Assembly (NCBI GenBank): GCA_021774435.1
Contig: JAJFJB010000249.1
Location: forward strand, 53-64,052
Source: Alphaproteobacteria bacterium
GTDB taxonomy: Bacteria; Pseudomonadota; Alphaproteobacteria; UBA8366; GCA-2717185
DNA: 64,000 bases
Direction: 5' to 3'
Shown: positions 41,481-50,961 of the stretch, one piece after another
How the letters are laid out: every line of letters begins with the position of its first letter
Numbering within the stretch: position 1 is the stretch's first letter
The notes under the pieces: generated by a model
Database searches by the model: none
The model's input: the letters and a program-made list of their open reading frames with translations, nothing else
Told to the model about the DNA's origin: nothing
Made by a program: the position numbers and the translations under genes

Positions 41481-42185
41481 TCAGCCAAGCTTGCGCTGCG
41501 CAAATTCGTTCAGGATGTAGGTCGCGCTGTTCACGCACAACGAAAGTGAAATCAAGATTATTCCGAGCCCGAGTGCGAGCGACAGATCCCCTTTGCTGAC
41601 CTCGAGCGCGATGGCGGTGGTCATCACCCGGGTCAAATGGTCGATGTTGCCGCCGACGATCATCACGGCGCCGACTTCCGCGCTGGCTCGGCCGAACCCC
41701 GCCAGGGCCGCCGTCGAAAGGCTGAAGCGGCCTTCCCAAAGCAGCGTCCGCAAGGTTTGAAATACGCCGGCGCCTAAAGATCGCAACTGGTCCTGATATT
41801 CGGTCCAGAGATCTTCGATGGTCTGGCGCGTCAATGCGGCAACGATCGGCGTCACCAGGATGCACTGTGCGATGATCATTGCGGCTGGTGTGAAGAGCAA
41901 ACCAAGCACACCGAAAGGGCCCGCACGGGACAGCAGCAAATACACGATCAAACCGACGACGACCGGCGGCATGCCCATCAGTGCGTTCATGATAACCACG
42001 ATGATCCGGCGCCCGGGAAACGGAAAAATTGCGACAGCGGCACCGACCGGAAAGCCAATAGCGATGGCGAATCCGACCGCGACGAAGTTCACGCGTAACG
42101 ACAGTCCAACGATTTCCATTAACCCTGCGTCGAGGGTGATAATCATCGCAAAGGCGGTTTGGAAGGCCGCGACGAAGTCGGTCAT
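41481..42185 (-). CDS. Tungstate ABC transporter permease (TupB-like)
   Basis: NALMGMPPVVVGL..YLLLSRAGP.G, AGFGRASAEVGAVMIVGGNI...TRVMTTAIALE. Confidence 0.88.
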   Translation of the reverse strand: MTDFVAAFQTAFAMIITLDAGLMEIVGLSLRVNFVAVGFAIAIGFPVGAAVAIFPFPGRRIIVVIMNALMGMPPVVVGLIVYLLLSRAGPFGVLGLLFTPAAMIIAQCILVTPIVAALTRQTIEDLWTEYQDQLRSLGAGVFQTLRTLLWEGRFSLSTAALAGFGRASAEVGAVMIVGGNIDHLTRVMTTAIALEVSKGDLSLALGLGIILISLSLCVNSATYILNEFAQRKLG

Positions 42186-42329
42186 GCGTGCGTTTCCTGT
42201 TGTTCGTCACGTTCGCAGCGGTTTGCGATAGCACGACAGCGCTGTCGAGGAAAGAAATGGGTCGTCGGGTTCGCTGTTGGCGATACCGCGCGCTAGAATA
42301 GACCGCGCATATAGGGGGAAGTAATTGCG

Positions 42330-44513
42330 ATGTCGCTGTTGACGGGGATGACCGTATTACAGATTGGACCAGGATCGGCCGCCGCGGTCTGTGGGCAGGC
42401 GTTTGGTAATTTGGGGGCGGCCGTTCAATGCCTCGCGAGTGATCGAACGACACCGCTTATGGCGTTTCTCAATAGCGACAAAGAAGATGTCGGCGGCACG
42501 CTGAATGAAGCGGCGTTACGTCAATCCGCAACTCAGGCAAATATCGTCATTTGTGAGGGATCGCCAAGCGCCTTAAAAGCGGACAATGTCCGTTTGCCGG
42601 CGCTGCACGAGATTAATCCCAATGCGGTGATTGTGGTTATTAGCCCTTTCGGTCAGACCGGTCCTTGTGCCGACGAACCAGCGACGGATTTGACCCTATT
42701 TTGTGCCAGTGGCATTTCCCGAATGCTAACCGGACAGGTTGACGATATTGCCGAGCCGCCGATCCGGCCTGCTGGTATGCAGTCCGCGTTCATCGGCGGA
42801 TTGGCAGCGGCATGTGCGGGCATGCACGCCGTGTTGGCGGGAAAGCGCGCCATCCTTGTCGATGTGTCCATTCAGGAAGCGCTGGCGACCTTGGCGGTCA
42901 CCGAATTAACACGTGCCAGCCTGCATAGCCGGTTATGGTCGCGAAAACGTCTCACCGATGGGAATGGCGCAACGGTGACTATTCTTCCGGCCAGTGATGG
43001 GTTCGTCGCCATTTCGCCGCGCGAAGACCACCAATGGGCGTCTTGGCTGAAGGTCATGGGTTCACCGAAATGGAGTGCTGAGCCACGCTTTGCCGCCAAG
43101 GGCGATCGCGTTGAAAATTGGGATGCGTTGCACGCGCTGATGTCCGATTGGAGCCGTCAGCATGAAAAGCAATGGATCGCCGATGCGGCACAGACGGCCC
43201 ATGTCCCGAGTTTTCCGTTGCGTGAACCTGCAGAACAGTTCGAGTCTGCGCAACTCGAGCAACGTGGTTTCTACCATGACTTCGATTGGAAGGGGCAGAC
43301 GCTGAAAGTACCGGGGTCGCCCTATGGATTGACGATGCAGGAAAGGGGTGACGCCGATCCGGTCGAGAGTCAAGCTGGTGCTTTACCTTTATCTGGTGTC
43401 CGCGTGCTCGATTTTAGCTGGGTGATCGCCGGACCAACGACCACGCGCTACCTCGCTGCGATGGGGGCGGAGGTCATTAAGGTGGAAGCGCCGGGCCGCG
43501 GCGACCCGGGCCGCGCGTCAGAACTGCATGTCGTCTTGGGCCAGGCCAAGAAGGCAATTGTCCTGAACTTGAAAAATGACGAAGCCAAGGGCATCGCCCG
43601 CGCTCTCGCCAAGCGATCGGATATTGTTATCGAGAATTTTGGCACCGGTGTGATGGAACGGTTCGGCCTTGGTGCGGACGAGTTGCGACGCGAAAACCCA
43701 GGCTTGCTGTACATCTCCGCCTCCGGTCTTGGCCGAACCGGGCCGGAAGCGAAGGCCGTTGCTTATGGAACTTTGCTGCAGTGCTATGCCGGCTTCGCGG
43801 GATTGAACCGGCATCCGGACGTACCGCCACGCGTGGGTATGGCGTGGCTCGATCCGATGTGCGGACTGAAATTGGCATTTGCCGCCGCGGCGGGGATATG
43901 GCGCTGCCGGCAAACTGGGCTCGGTGCCCGGATCGATTTTTCCATGATCGAAGCCATGCTGTGGACCATGGCCGGGCCGGTGATTGAGGCGCAACTGGAA
44001 TCCAGGTTGGAACCGCAAGGCAATGCGTCTAACCGGTTTGCGCCGCACGGCGTTTATCCTGCGAAAGAAGACGATGACTGGGTTGGTGTGGCGGTAAGCT
44101 CGGATAAGGAGTGGCAATCACTTTGTGCCACCGTGCCTGCCCTTTCGGATCGGGCCGACATGAAGTTTTCTGAACGCGCAGCTTGCAAAGACGAAATCGA
44201 TGACCTGTTGTCCGATTGGACGCGAACGCAATCAGCGGCGGCAGCGGCGGCACGGATGACCGAACTGGGTATCCCGGCCGCGGCCGTCGTTTCGATGTTG
44301 GACTTGGTTGACAACGAACATCTCAAAGCACGCGGCTTCTGGGATGCAGGCGATGCGGGAATAATCCCCGGACTGCCGTGGCGGGATAATGTTGGCCGGC
44401 AAACCGGATCCGCGCCGGCGCTGGGGGCCGATACGGATGCCGTGTTGCGTGATGTTTTGAATTTGACGGCCGAAGATATCGCAGCGCTTCGCGCGTCGGG
44501 CGCGATCGGCTGA
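42330..44513 (+). CDS. Class III CoA-transferase (CaiB/BaiF), double-domain fusion
   Basis: ISPFGQTGP in domain 1; PLSGVRVLDFSWVIAGP, GAEVIKVE, ENFGTG and APALGADT in domain 2. Confidence 0.9.
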   Translation: MSLLTGMTVLQIGPGSAAAVCGQAFGNLGAAVQCLASDRTTPLMAFLNSDKEDVGGTLNEAALRQSATQANIVICEGSPSALKADNVRLPALHEINPNAVIVVISPFGQTGPCADEPATDLTLFCASGISRMLTGQVDDIAEPPIRPAGMQSAFIGGLAAACAGMHAVLAGKRAILVDVSIQEALATLAVTELTRASLHSRLWSRKRLTDGNGATVTILPASDGFVAISPREDHQWASWLKVMGSPKWSAEPRFAAKGDRVENWDALHALMSDWSRQHEKQWIADAAQTAHVPSFPLREPAEQFESAQLEQRGFYHDFDWKGQTLKVPGSPYGLTMQERGDADPVESQAGALPLSGVRVLDFSWVIAGPTTTRYLAAMGAEVIKVEAPGRGDPGRASELHVVLGQAKKAIVLNLKNDEAKGIARALAKRSDIVIENFGTGVMERFGLGADELRRENPGLLYISASGLGRTGPEAKAVAYGTLLQCYAGFAGLNRHPDVPPRVGMAWLDPMCGLKLAFAAAAGIWRCRQTGLGARIDFSMIEAMLWTMAGPVIEAQLESRLEPQGNASNRFAPHGVYPAKEDDDWVGVAVSSDKEWQSLCATVPALSDRADMKFSERAACKDEIDDLLSDWTRTQSAAAAAARMTELGIPAAAVVSMLDLVDNEHLKARGFWDAGDAGIIPGLPWRDNVGRQTGSAPALGADTDAVLRDVLNLTAEDIAALRASGAIG

Positions 44514-44520
44514 CCAGGGA

Positions 44521-45438
44521 TCAGAATTCGCCGCTTCTGAATATTTCGTCGAGGCGTTCGAAATCCTCCTCTGCAATTTCCGGAAAAGGCTCGCCACGTC
44601 GGCGCAGAGCGCCGGTGAAGTTCGGGGGCCGCTTCTCATTGAACGCTGCACGGCCTTCCTCGCCGTCGGCAGTCGTCTGAATCAGCAACGTGTTGATCAG
44701 GTTCTGAACATGCCAGGCCTGATCGGTCGGAAGGTCGCCGAAACGAACCACGAATTCCTTCATCATGCGCACGGCAACGGGTGGCATCGTCACGATGTGC
44801 CGCGCCATCTTTTCGGCCCGCTCCAGCAGTTGATCATGCGGCACGACTTCATTAATGAGGCCGATCCGCAGCGCTTCGGCGGCGTCGAATGGTTCGTCGG
44901 TGAGGAGAATTTTCATCGCGTCGATGTAGTTGAGCTGTTTTGTGAGCAGGCTCGCACCCGGGCCATGGCCGAGCCAGCCTTGGCTGAGAAGGGCGAACTT
45001 AAAACGGGCGTGTTCGGCGCTGGCGATGCGGATATCGGTTGATGCTAGAAGAATGTACAGCCCGGCGCCGGCAGCCCAGCCATTGACGGCCGCGATGACC
45101 GGTTTCCAGACTCTCGGATAATGGTCTCCCATGCGGCCGTCGACACCGGTTTTCTGACCGTGTACGGTGCCGGCGAGGGGCCAGAAGATACGCTGCGCCT
45201 TAAGCATCTCCCGTTCGTCCTCGCTCAAACCCGGGCGTGGCTGGAGATTGTGCCCGCCACAAAAATGGCGGTCGCCTTTGCCGGTCAATATGGCGCAACG
45301 GATATCTTTGTCTTCCCAGAGTTCGATCCAGGCATCGGAAATCGCGTCTGACGTTGCCTTGTCGAGAATATTCGCCTTCTCGGGATTGTTGAGCGTGATA
45401 TAGGCGACGCCGTCTCGTTTCTCGAAATCGATAGCCAT
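44521..45438 (-). CDS. Enoyl-CoA hydratase/isomerase (crotonase) family protein
   Basis: ITLNNPEKAN, FCGGHNL, KPVIAAVNG, AEALRIGLINEVVP, EGRAAFNEKRPP; start MAIDF (ORF track 45726 overlaps the SIR2 gene). Confidence 0.9.
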   Translation of the reverse strand: MAIDFEKRDGVAYITLNNPEKANILDKATSDAISDAWIELWEDKDIRCAILTGKGDRHFCGGHNLQPRPGLSEDEREMLKAQRIFWPLAGTVHGQKTGVDGRMGDHYPRVWKPVIAAVNGWAAGAGLYILLASTDIRIASAEHARFKFALLSQGWLGHGPGASLLTKQLNYIDAMKILLTDEPFDAAEALRIGLINEVVPHDQLLERAEKMARHIVTMPPVAVRMMKEFVVRFGDLPTDQAWHVQNLINTLLIQTTADGEEGRAAFNEKRPPNFTGALRRRGEPFPEIAEEDFERLDEIFRSGEF

Positions 45439-45573
45439 GGCTGAATCCTTCGTTCGTTGCGCTGTTCTTTTGAGAGGTGTTCGGTTATTGACGCAGGTGG
45501 GTTTCGTAAGAAGATCATAATGGTTACGTGCAAGTATCGCATATAGCTGCGGAAAGGCATTGAGGACTCGATC

Positions 45574-46731
45574 ATGGATGACGTTGTTGTGGATGAGCGG
45601 CGCACCGCTGTCAGAGCCTTTCGGGACGTCGTCGAAAACTTGTCCGAGGATAGTGATAGTCTGGCAGCGCTGCGGACGATGACATTCTGGGGCGGCGCCG
45701 GGTTCTCGAAAGCATGGAATCCCCAATCGCCGACGGAAGGGACATTGTTCTCGATCTCCCGCGCCGAAATCGACACGTTCAAGAACCTATCCCATGTTCT
45801 CAATGCACTGGGCTGGGACGAAAATGATGGTATTGGATTCGAGGGATTCAAAACGCTGCAATATGTGATCGACATGCAGCTCAAATACCCCGATATCCGG
45901 AACCGCTACCTGGATGAGCAAAGCCTGTCGCTGAGCATTCAGGAAATACGGACTTTCATTCACAATCGCTTCGCCAGCATTTGCGATATGAACAATGTCG
46001 ACCGTGAAACGGGAATGTTTCCGACGGCGATAGCGCTTACCGAGAGCCAGAGCGCCATTCATAATTTTTTTGAGAGCCTGGCGGGCGCTAACGAAGCACG
46101 GCGCGGTGGCCTTATTCTCAATTTCGTTACGACGAATTACGACTTCACGATTGAAACCATTCTGAACAATCTCGGTGCGGCCGACCGGCCGATTTTTCGG
46201 CAACTCTATCGGGGGATTTCTCCGCACCAGATTTGCGGGCAGTCGATTTGGGATCAGCGCCGCGGCCGGTTCGACTACAACCTCATCAAGCTCAATGGTG
46301 GGTTCGAGGTTTTGAGAGACCGTGAAGGGTACCATTTCGAATATCGCAAGCGGCCGATCGATGCGGTGCGCAACAACCCGCCTATCTTGATCTTGCCGTC
46401 CCGCGAACAGGATTATACCGATCCCTATTTCAAGGAAATTTTTCCCAAAGCCGTTCGGGTATTGCGTGAAACCAGAATTCTTCTGATCGTTGGGTACAGC
46501 ATGCCGCGCGAAGACGCGCTCGTGCGGTTTGTCCTGCGGCAACTCGCAGAAAGTGGGGAAGATGCGCGTGGAAAATATATCTTCTGTGTCGATCTCAAGG
46601 GTAGCGACATTCTGGATAGCCGCTTGCGTTGGACCTTCAATTCGATTGACCGGATCGGATGGCCAAAGGTTTTTTACTACCCTGGAAAATTCGAGGATTT
46701 TTGTGCGGAAGCCCAAGGCCCCTATGGGTGA
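45574..46731 (+). CDS. SIR2-like (SIR2_2) domain protein
   Basis: FWGGAGFS, FVTTNYD, IKLNGG, ILP, LLIVGYSM in sirtuin order; GAGGA SD. Confidence 0.8.
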   Translation: MDDVVVDERRTAVRAFRDVVENLSEDSDSLAALRTMTFWGGAGFSKAWNPQSPTEGTLFSISRAEIDTFKNLSHVLNALGWDENDGIGFEGFKTLQYVIDMQLKYPDIRNRYLDEQSLSLSIQEIRTFIHNRFASICDMNNVDRETGMFPTAIALTESQSAIHNFFESLAGANEARRGGLILNFVTTNYDFTIETILNNLGAADRPIFRQLYRGISPHQICGQSIWDQRRGRFDYNLIKLNGGFEVLRDREGYHFEYRKRPIDAVRNNPPILILPSREQDYTDPYFKEIFPKAVRVLRETRILLIVGYSMPREDALVRFVLRQLAESGEDARGKYIFCVDLKGSDILDSRLRWTFNSIDRIGWPKVFYYPGKFEDFCAEAQGPYG

Positions 46732-46752
46732 CCCGGCTGACGGCGCCGCATC

Positions 46753-47301
46753 GTGAGCGTTAAGGTTTACCTCGCCGGGCCGGACGTTTTTCTCCGTGGT
46801 GCGGTACAGATCGGGAAACGGAAGTCCGATTTGTGTCGGACGCACGGCATGGAAGGGCTATTTCCCCTGGACCAAGGCGAAAACTTTGAACCCAATGCGA
46901 TGCGTATCTTCAGGTCGAACGTCGATCTCATGCGACGGGCGGATGCCGGTTTGTTCAATCTGACACCTTTCCGGGGGCCGAGTGCCGACGCCGGTACGGT
47001 GTTTGAGATGGGTTTGATGTTCGCACAGGATAAGCCGGTTTTCGGATATACAGCCGATAAGGCTTTCTACGCGGATCGCGTTGCGGCAGTGTCTGTCGAC
47101 GACGCTGAAATGCGGCGTTGGGATAAAGACGGATACGAAATCGAAGACTTTCAGCTCTTCGACAATCTCATGATTGTGGGCGCCATCCGAGATTCTGGCG
47201 GAGATATCGCTATCGTTGAAGAGTTCGCCGAGCCAACGCTCGCAGCGTTTGACGCATTCGAGGCAAGTCTCGCACAACTTCGAAAATATTTTGGGATTTG
47301 A
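46753..47301 (+). CDS. Nucleoside 2-deoxyribosyltransferase family protein
   Basis: VYLAGPDVF, NLTPFRGPSADAGTVFEMG, KPVFGY, IEDF...DNLMI. Confidence 0.92.
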   Translation: MSVKVYLAGPDVFLRGAVQIGKRKSDLCRTHGMEGLFPLDQGENFEPNAMRIFRSNVDLMRRADAGLFNLTPFRGPSADAGTVFEMGLMFAQDKPVFGYTADKAFYADRVAAVSVDDAEMRRWDKDGYEIEDFQLFDNLMIVGAIRDSGGDIAIVEEFAEPTLAAFDAFEASLAQLRKYFGI

Positions 47302-47312
47302 ACGCCGGTTCT

Positions 47313-47334
47313 TTCCACGCGGATCGGCGTGGGA
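47313..47334 (+). terminator. Possible terminator hairpin after the NDT gene
   Basis: TTCCACGC-GGATCG-GCGTGGGA followed by a weak U tract (ATTTG). Confidence 0.35.
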
Positions 47335-47509
47335 ATTTGCAAGATTTGTAATCTTGCGGTTACACCGCCGCCATAAAATTGCGCGGCGATTGCGACTGGC
47401 GCGGCGAATCGTCCCATGTCATTGTATGCAGGGGCAATGGGCGCTAGTTCCCCGGACATGATCGGTGGATCCATAGGGATTCGTAATTGCGATCGACTGG
47501 GAGATTAAG

Positions 47510-48235
47510 ATGGCGAAAGTTGCGGTAGTGACCGGTGGAACCCGTGGGATCGGCGAAGCGATTTCAATTGGTCTTAAAGAAGCCGGCTATGTGGTAGCGG
47601 CGAACTATGCGTATCGGGATGAGGATGCGAACATTTTCCGCGATAAGACCGGAATTCCCGTTTACAAGTTCGATGTTGCGGATCTCGACGCTTGTCAGGA
47701 AGCGATTGGCAAGATTGAAGCGGATCTGGGACCCGTGGAAATTCTCGTCAACAATGCCGGCATCACCAAAGACGTGCCACTGCACCGCATGACGGCGGAA
47801 CAATGGACATCCGTTGTCCACACGGATCTCGACAGCGTGTTTACGATGTCCCGCAGCGTTATCGAAGGTATGCGGTCCCGCAACTTCGGTCGGATCGTCA
47901 ATATTTCTTCGATCAATGGTCAAAAGGGGCAGTTCGGGCAAACGAACTATTCCGCGGCCAAAGCCGGCGTGATTGGCTTTACGAAAGCGTTGGCGCAGGA
48001 AACGGCGTCCAAAGGCATTACCGTGAACTGTGTCGCACCCGGTTATATCGCGACAGAAATGGTCCGCGCCGTTCCCGAAGAAATTCTAAATACCAAAGTG
48101 ATCCCGCAAATCCCGGTCGGCCGTCTTGGCGAAAGCCCCGAGATTGCCCGTTGTGTTCTGTTCTTGGCGTCGGATGACGCAGGCTTCATTACCGGAGCGA
48201 CCCTGACCGCCAATGGCGGACAATACTTCACCTAA
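47510..48235 (+). CDS. phbB: Acetoacetyl-CoA reductase
   Basis: TGGTRGIG, NISSINGQKGQFGQTNYSAAKAG, IPVGRLG, ANGGQY. Confidence 0.9.
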   Translation: MAKVAVVTGGTRGIGEAISIGLKEAGYVVAANYAYRDEDANIFRDKTGIPVYKFDVADLDACQEAIGKIEADLGPVEILVNNAGITKDVPLHRMTAEQWTSVVHTDLDSVFTMSRSVIEGMRSRNFGRIVNISSINGQKGQFGQTNYSAAKAGVIGFTKALAQETASKGITVNCVAPGYIATEMVRAVPEEILNTKVIPQIPVGRLGESPEIARCVLFLASDDAGFITGATLTANGGQYFT

Positions 48236-48248
48236 AAGGGTTTCTGCG

Positions 48249-49589
48249 ATGACCGGCGTGAGCGGTGCGGTTGAGCAGTTTATCGAGCACGCCCTGTCCG
48301 GTCGCCTTGAAGCGGCGCGTGAGATGTTGGTCGTCGATCCCGCTCTCACTTCACGCGATATTTTCGCTGCTGCCGCTTATGGTGACGCGGAAGCGATACA
48401 GCAGCACTTGGATAATGCGGCGGAGAGCGGTGGGCCACGCAACTGGCCACCGCTTCTTTTTCTTTGTTATTCCGGTTTTCAGCGTTTCGATGCCGGACGG
48501 CAGGACCAATTTATGGCGTCAGCTCGGATTTTGCTGAAAGCGGGTGCCGATCCCAATGCACAATTTCTGGCCAATGGTGACCCAGATCACCCGCAATCGG
48601 CGCTGTATGGTGCCTGCGGGTATGGAAACAACCCAGCGCTCACGCGGTTACTTCTCGACGCCGGGGCGGACCCCAACGAAGGTGCCTCGGTGCTGGGGTC
48701 GGAAGCCTTGTATCACGCCGCCGAATTGCCAGACCTGGAATGCCTGGCCTTGATGCTCGCTGCCAAACCAGACCCCGATAAGGTTTCCTATTGTTTGGCG
48801 CGCAAACTTGATTTTGAGGACATTGAAGGCACTCGGCTATTCCTGGCGCACGGTGCGGACCCTAACTTCGTCTCACCCTTTGGCGATCGGATGACACGAG
48901 TACATCATGCGATTCAGCGCGGCCGCGGTTCTGACACGATAGCACTGCTCCTCGACCATGGCGGCGATATCAGCATGAAGACGGAAGCTGGGCATACGCC
49001 CTATGCGCTTGCCGTTCGATATGGCCGACCCGGTACCGCTATTCTCCTGCGTGGTCGCGGGGCAAGAGAAGATGAACTTTCGCCAATGGACAGATTTATC
49101 GGCGCCTGTGCGCTTGGCGATCAAGAGACTGCAAAATCGTTGCGCCGAAAACTGACAATCGATATCGGCGCGGACGAGTATCAAGTGTTTACGTCATTAG
49201 CAGGCGAGGACAACGCAATTGCTGTTCGGACGATGCTGCAAATGGGATTCGATCCCGATGAAACATTTGGAATTGGGCCTGCGCTGCACCATGCCGCCTG
49301 GACAGGCGCAGCGGAAACAGTTGCGGTGCTTCTGGCGCACGGGCCAAACCTCGAATCGATCAACGCGTTTGGCGGCACGCCCTTGGACATTACGATGTTT
49401 GGCGCGGGGCATTGCCACGACCGGCACGGTGGCATGATCGCTTCGGGTCGGCCGCAGGACGTCCGCCACGGCGACTACCCACAGGTTGTTAAAACCCTGC
49501 TCGACGCCGGCGCGAATGCTGACGCGACAAACGAATATCCCTGCGGCGTCCCGGAGATTGACCGTCTTCTAAAGAAACACCAAAGTTAG
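48249..49589 (+). CDS. Ankyrin repeat protein
   Basis: Repeated LL.AGADPN, SALY, ALHHAA and TPL motifs; GGPRNWPPLLFLCYS; start at MTGVS. Confidence 0.88.
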   Translation: MTGVSGAVEQFIEHALSGRLEAAREMLVVDPALTSRDIFAAAAYGDAEAIQQHLDNAAESGGPRNWPPLLFLCYSGFQRFDAGRQDQFMASARILLKAGADPNAQFLANGDPDHPQSALYGACGYGNNPALTRLLLDAGADPNEGASVLGSEALYHAAELPDLECLALMLAAKPDPDKVSYCLARKLDFEDIEGTRLFLAHGADPNFVSPFGDRMTRVHHAIQRGRGSDTIALLLDHGGDISMKTEAGHTPYALAVRYGRPGTAILLRGRGAREDELSPMDRFIGACALGDQETAKSLRRKLTIDIGADEYQVFTSLAGEDNAIAVRTMLQMGFDPDETFGIGPALHHAAWTGAAETVAVLLAHGPNLESINAFGGTPLDITMFGAGHCHDRHGGMIASGRPQDVRHGDYPQVVKTLLDAGANADATNEYPCGVPEIDRLLKKHQS

Positions 49590-50398
49590 CCAACCCGGCA
49601 GCTTGAGCCGCCGTCTACCGGGAGTGTTACGCCGGTAATGAAACCGGCTTCATCGGAGGCCAGGAACAAAGCCGCATGGGCGACATCCCAGCCGGTGCCC
49701 ATTTTCCCTTTCAGAGGGACCTTGGCATCCCGTTCGGCGGCAATTTCCTCACGCGGCCGGTCGAATGCGGCTGCGCGACGGTCGACGGCCATTGGTGTAT
49801 CCATCAGGCCGGGCAAAATAACATTCGCACGGATGCCGTGTTTCGCATTCTGAATGGCGAGTTGTTCGGTGAGTGAAATCATGGCGGACTTCGTCGCCTT
49901 ATAAGTCACCCAGGGATAATTCGACCATGCGGCCATCGAAGAGATATTCACAATAGCGCCACTTTCCTGGGCGCGCATCACGGGCAGGGTGTATTTGCAT
50001 GCGAATACAAGACTGCGCAGATTGACAGCGACGATTTTGTCGAAGGCCTCGCCGGTGATTTCCGTGAAGGGGGCGTCTCCGCCTTCGACGCTGATTCCGA
50101 CATTGTTGTGCAAGACGTCAATTCGGCCCCATCGTTCGACGCAGGCGTCGACCATAGACTTCATATCCGATTCGACGGTCACGTCAGCGGCGTGTGCGGC
50201 GGCCTCGCCGCCTTCTTTGCGAATTAGTTCGGCGGTTTCTTCTGCCGAATCCAAATGACGGTCAACCGAAAGAATCTTGGCCCCTTCGCGTGCGAAGAGC
50301 ATGGCTGTCGCGCGGCCATTGCCGATAGCCGGCGTCGGGCCGGGGCTTTGTCCCGCGCCAACAATGATTGCGACTTTATCCTGTAGCCGGTTTCCCAT
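49586..50398 (-). CDS. SDR family oxidoreductase
   Basis: GAG...IGNGRA, LHNNVG, YKATK, ITGVTLPVDGG. Confidence 0.92.
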   Translation of the reverse strand: MGNRLQDKVAIIVGAGQSPGPTPAIGNGRATAMLFAREGAKILSVDRHLDSAEETAELIRKEGGEAAAHAADVTVESDMKSMVDACVERWGRIDVLHNNVGISVEGGDAPFTEITGEAFDKIVAVNLRSLVFACKYTLPVMRAQESGAIVNISSMAAWSNYPWVTYKATKSAMISLTEQLAIQNAKHGIRANVILPGLMDTPMAVDRRAAAFDRPREEIAAERDAKVPLKGKMGTGWDVAHAALFLASDEAGFITGVTLPVDGGSSCRVG

Positions 50399-50409
50399 GA
50401 TGTGTTCCT

Positions 50410-50961
50410 TTAGTCCTTCGGTAAGGGGTGGGCATCGAGCTCCGGCTGATACTCCGGTTCGACGTCGATTTCGAGAGCGCCCAGCAATCTGACAACGCCG
50501 TTATAAAATGCGATGATCATAACGAGGTCGACGATATGCGCTTCGCTCAGATGGGTGCGCAGCACCTCGTAGGTCGCGTCGGTGAAGTTCAGCTGTTTTG
50601 TCATTTCCCGCGCGCCGCGAAGCACGGCACGATCAAGTTCGGGAAGACTGCTGTCTTGCCCGGCCGACTCGTTCTCGATTGCGGTAACGTCGTCATCCGT
50701 GACGCCAAAATCACGCCCGATCTTGAGATGATGGCTGTATTCATAGGGACTTTTCGTCAGATAGCCGACCTGGAGGATCGCCATTTCCCGCAAGCGCGGG
50801 TCCAGCGTACTGCCAAAACGGATATAGTTTCCCATGCCACTAAACTTTCGGGCTGCTTCGGGGCTATGCGCGATAATCCGGTTCAGGCTGATAGGCCGCT
50901 TCAGGAGATCGCGATCTGTATCCGCAAGGTCCTCCGGATCGAGATAGGGAAGTCGCGCCAT
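50410..50961 (-). CDS. Carboxymuconolactone decarboxylase/AhpD-like protein
   Basis: LDPRLREMAILQV....SPYEYSHH...G. Confidence 0.85.
   Translation of the reverse strand: MARLPYLDPEDLADTDRDLLKRPISLNRIIAHSPEAARKFSGMGNYIRFGSTLDPRLREMAILQVGYLTKSPYEYSHHLKIGRDFGVTDDDVTAIENESAGQDSSLPELDRAVLRGAREMTKQLNFTDATYEVLRTHLSEAHIVDLVMIIAFYNGVVRLLGALEIDVEPEYQPELDAHPLPKD

Noticed and set aside
41341-42453. 370-aa Arg-rich ORF, and similar long ORFs at 12946-14076 and 52937-53905
   Set aside because: Off-frame or antisense shadows of well-supported genes in GC-rich DNA
45787-46845. 352-aa minus-strand ORF antisense to the SIR2 gene
   Set aside because: No recognisable motifs; the opposite strand has ordered sirtuin motifs and an SD
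38978-47301. Genomic island integrated at tRNA-Ser
   Set aside because: No integrase, and I saw no duplicated tRNA 3' end in the window
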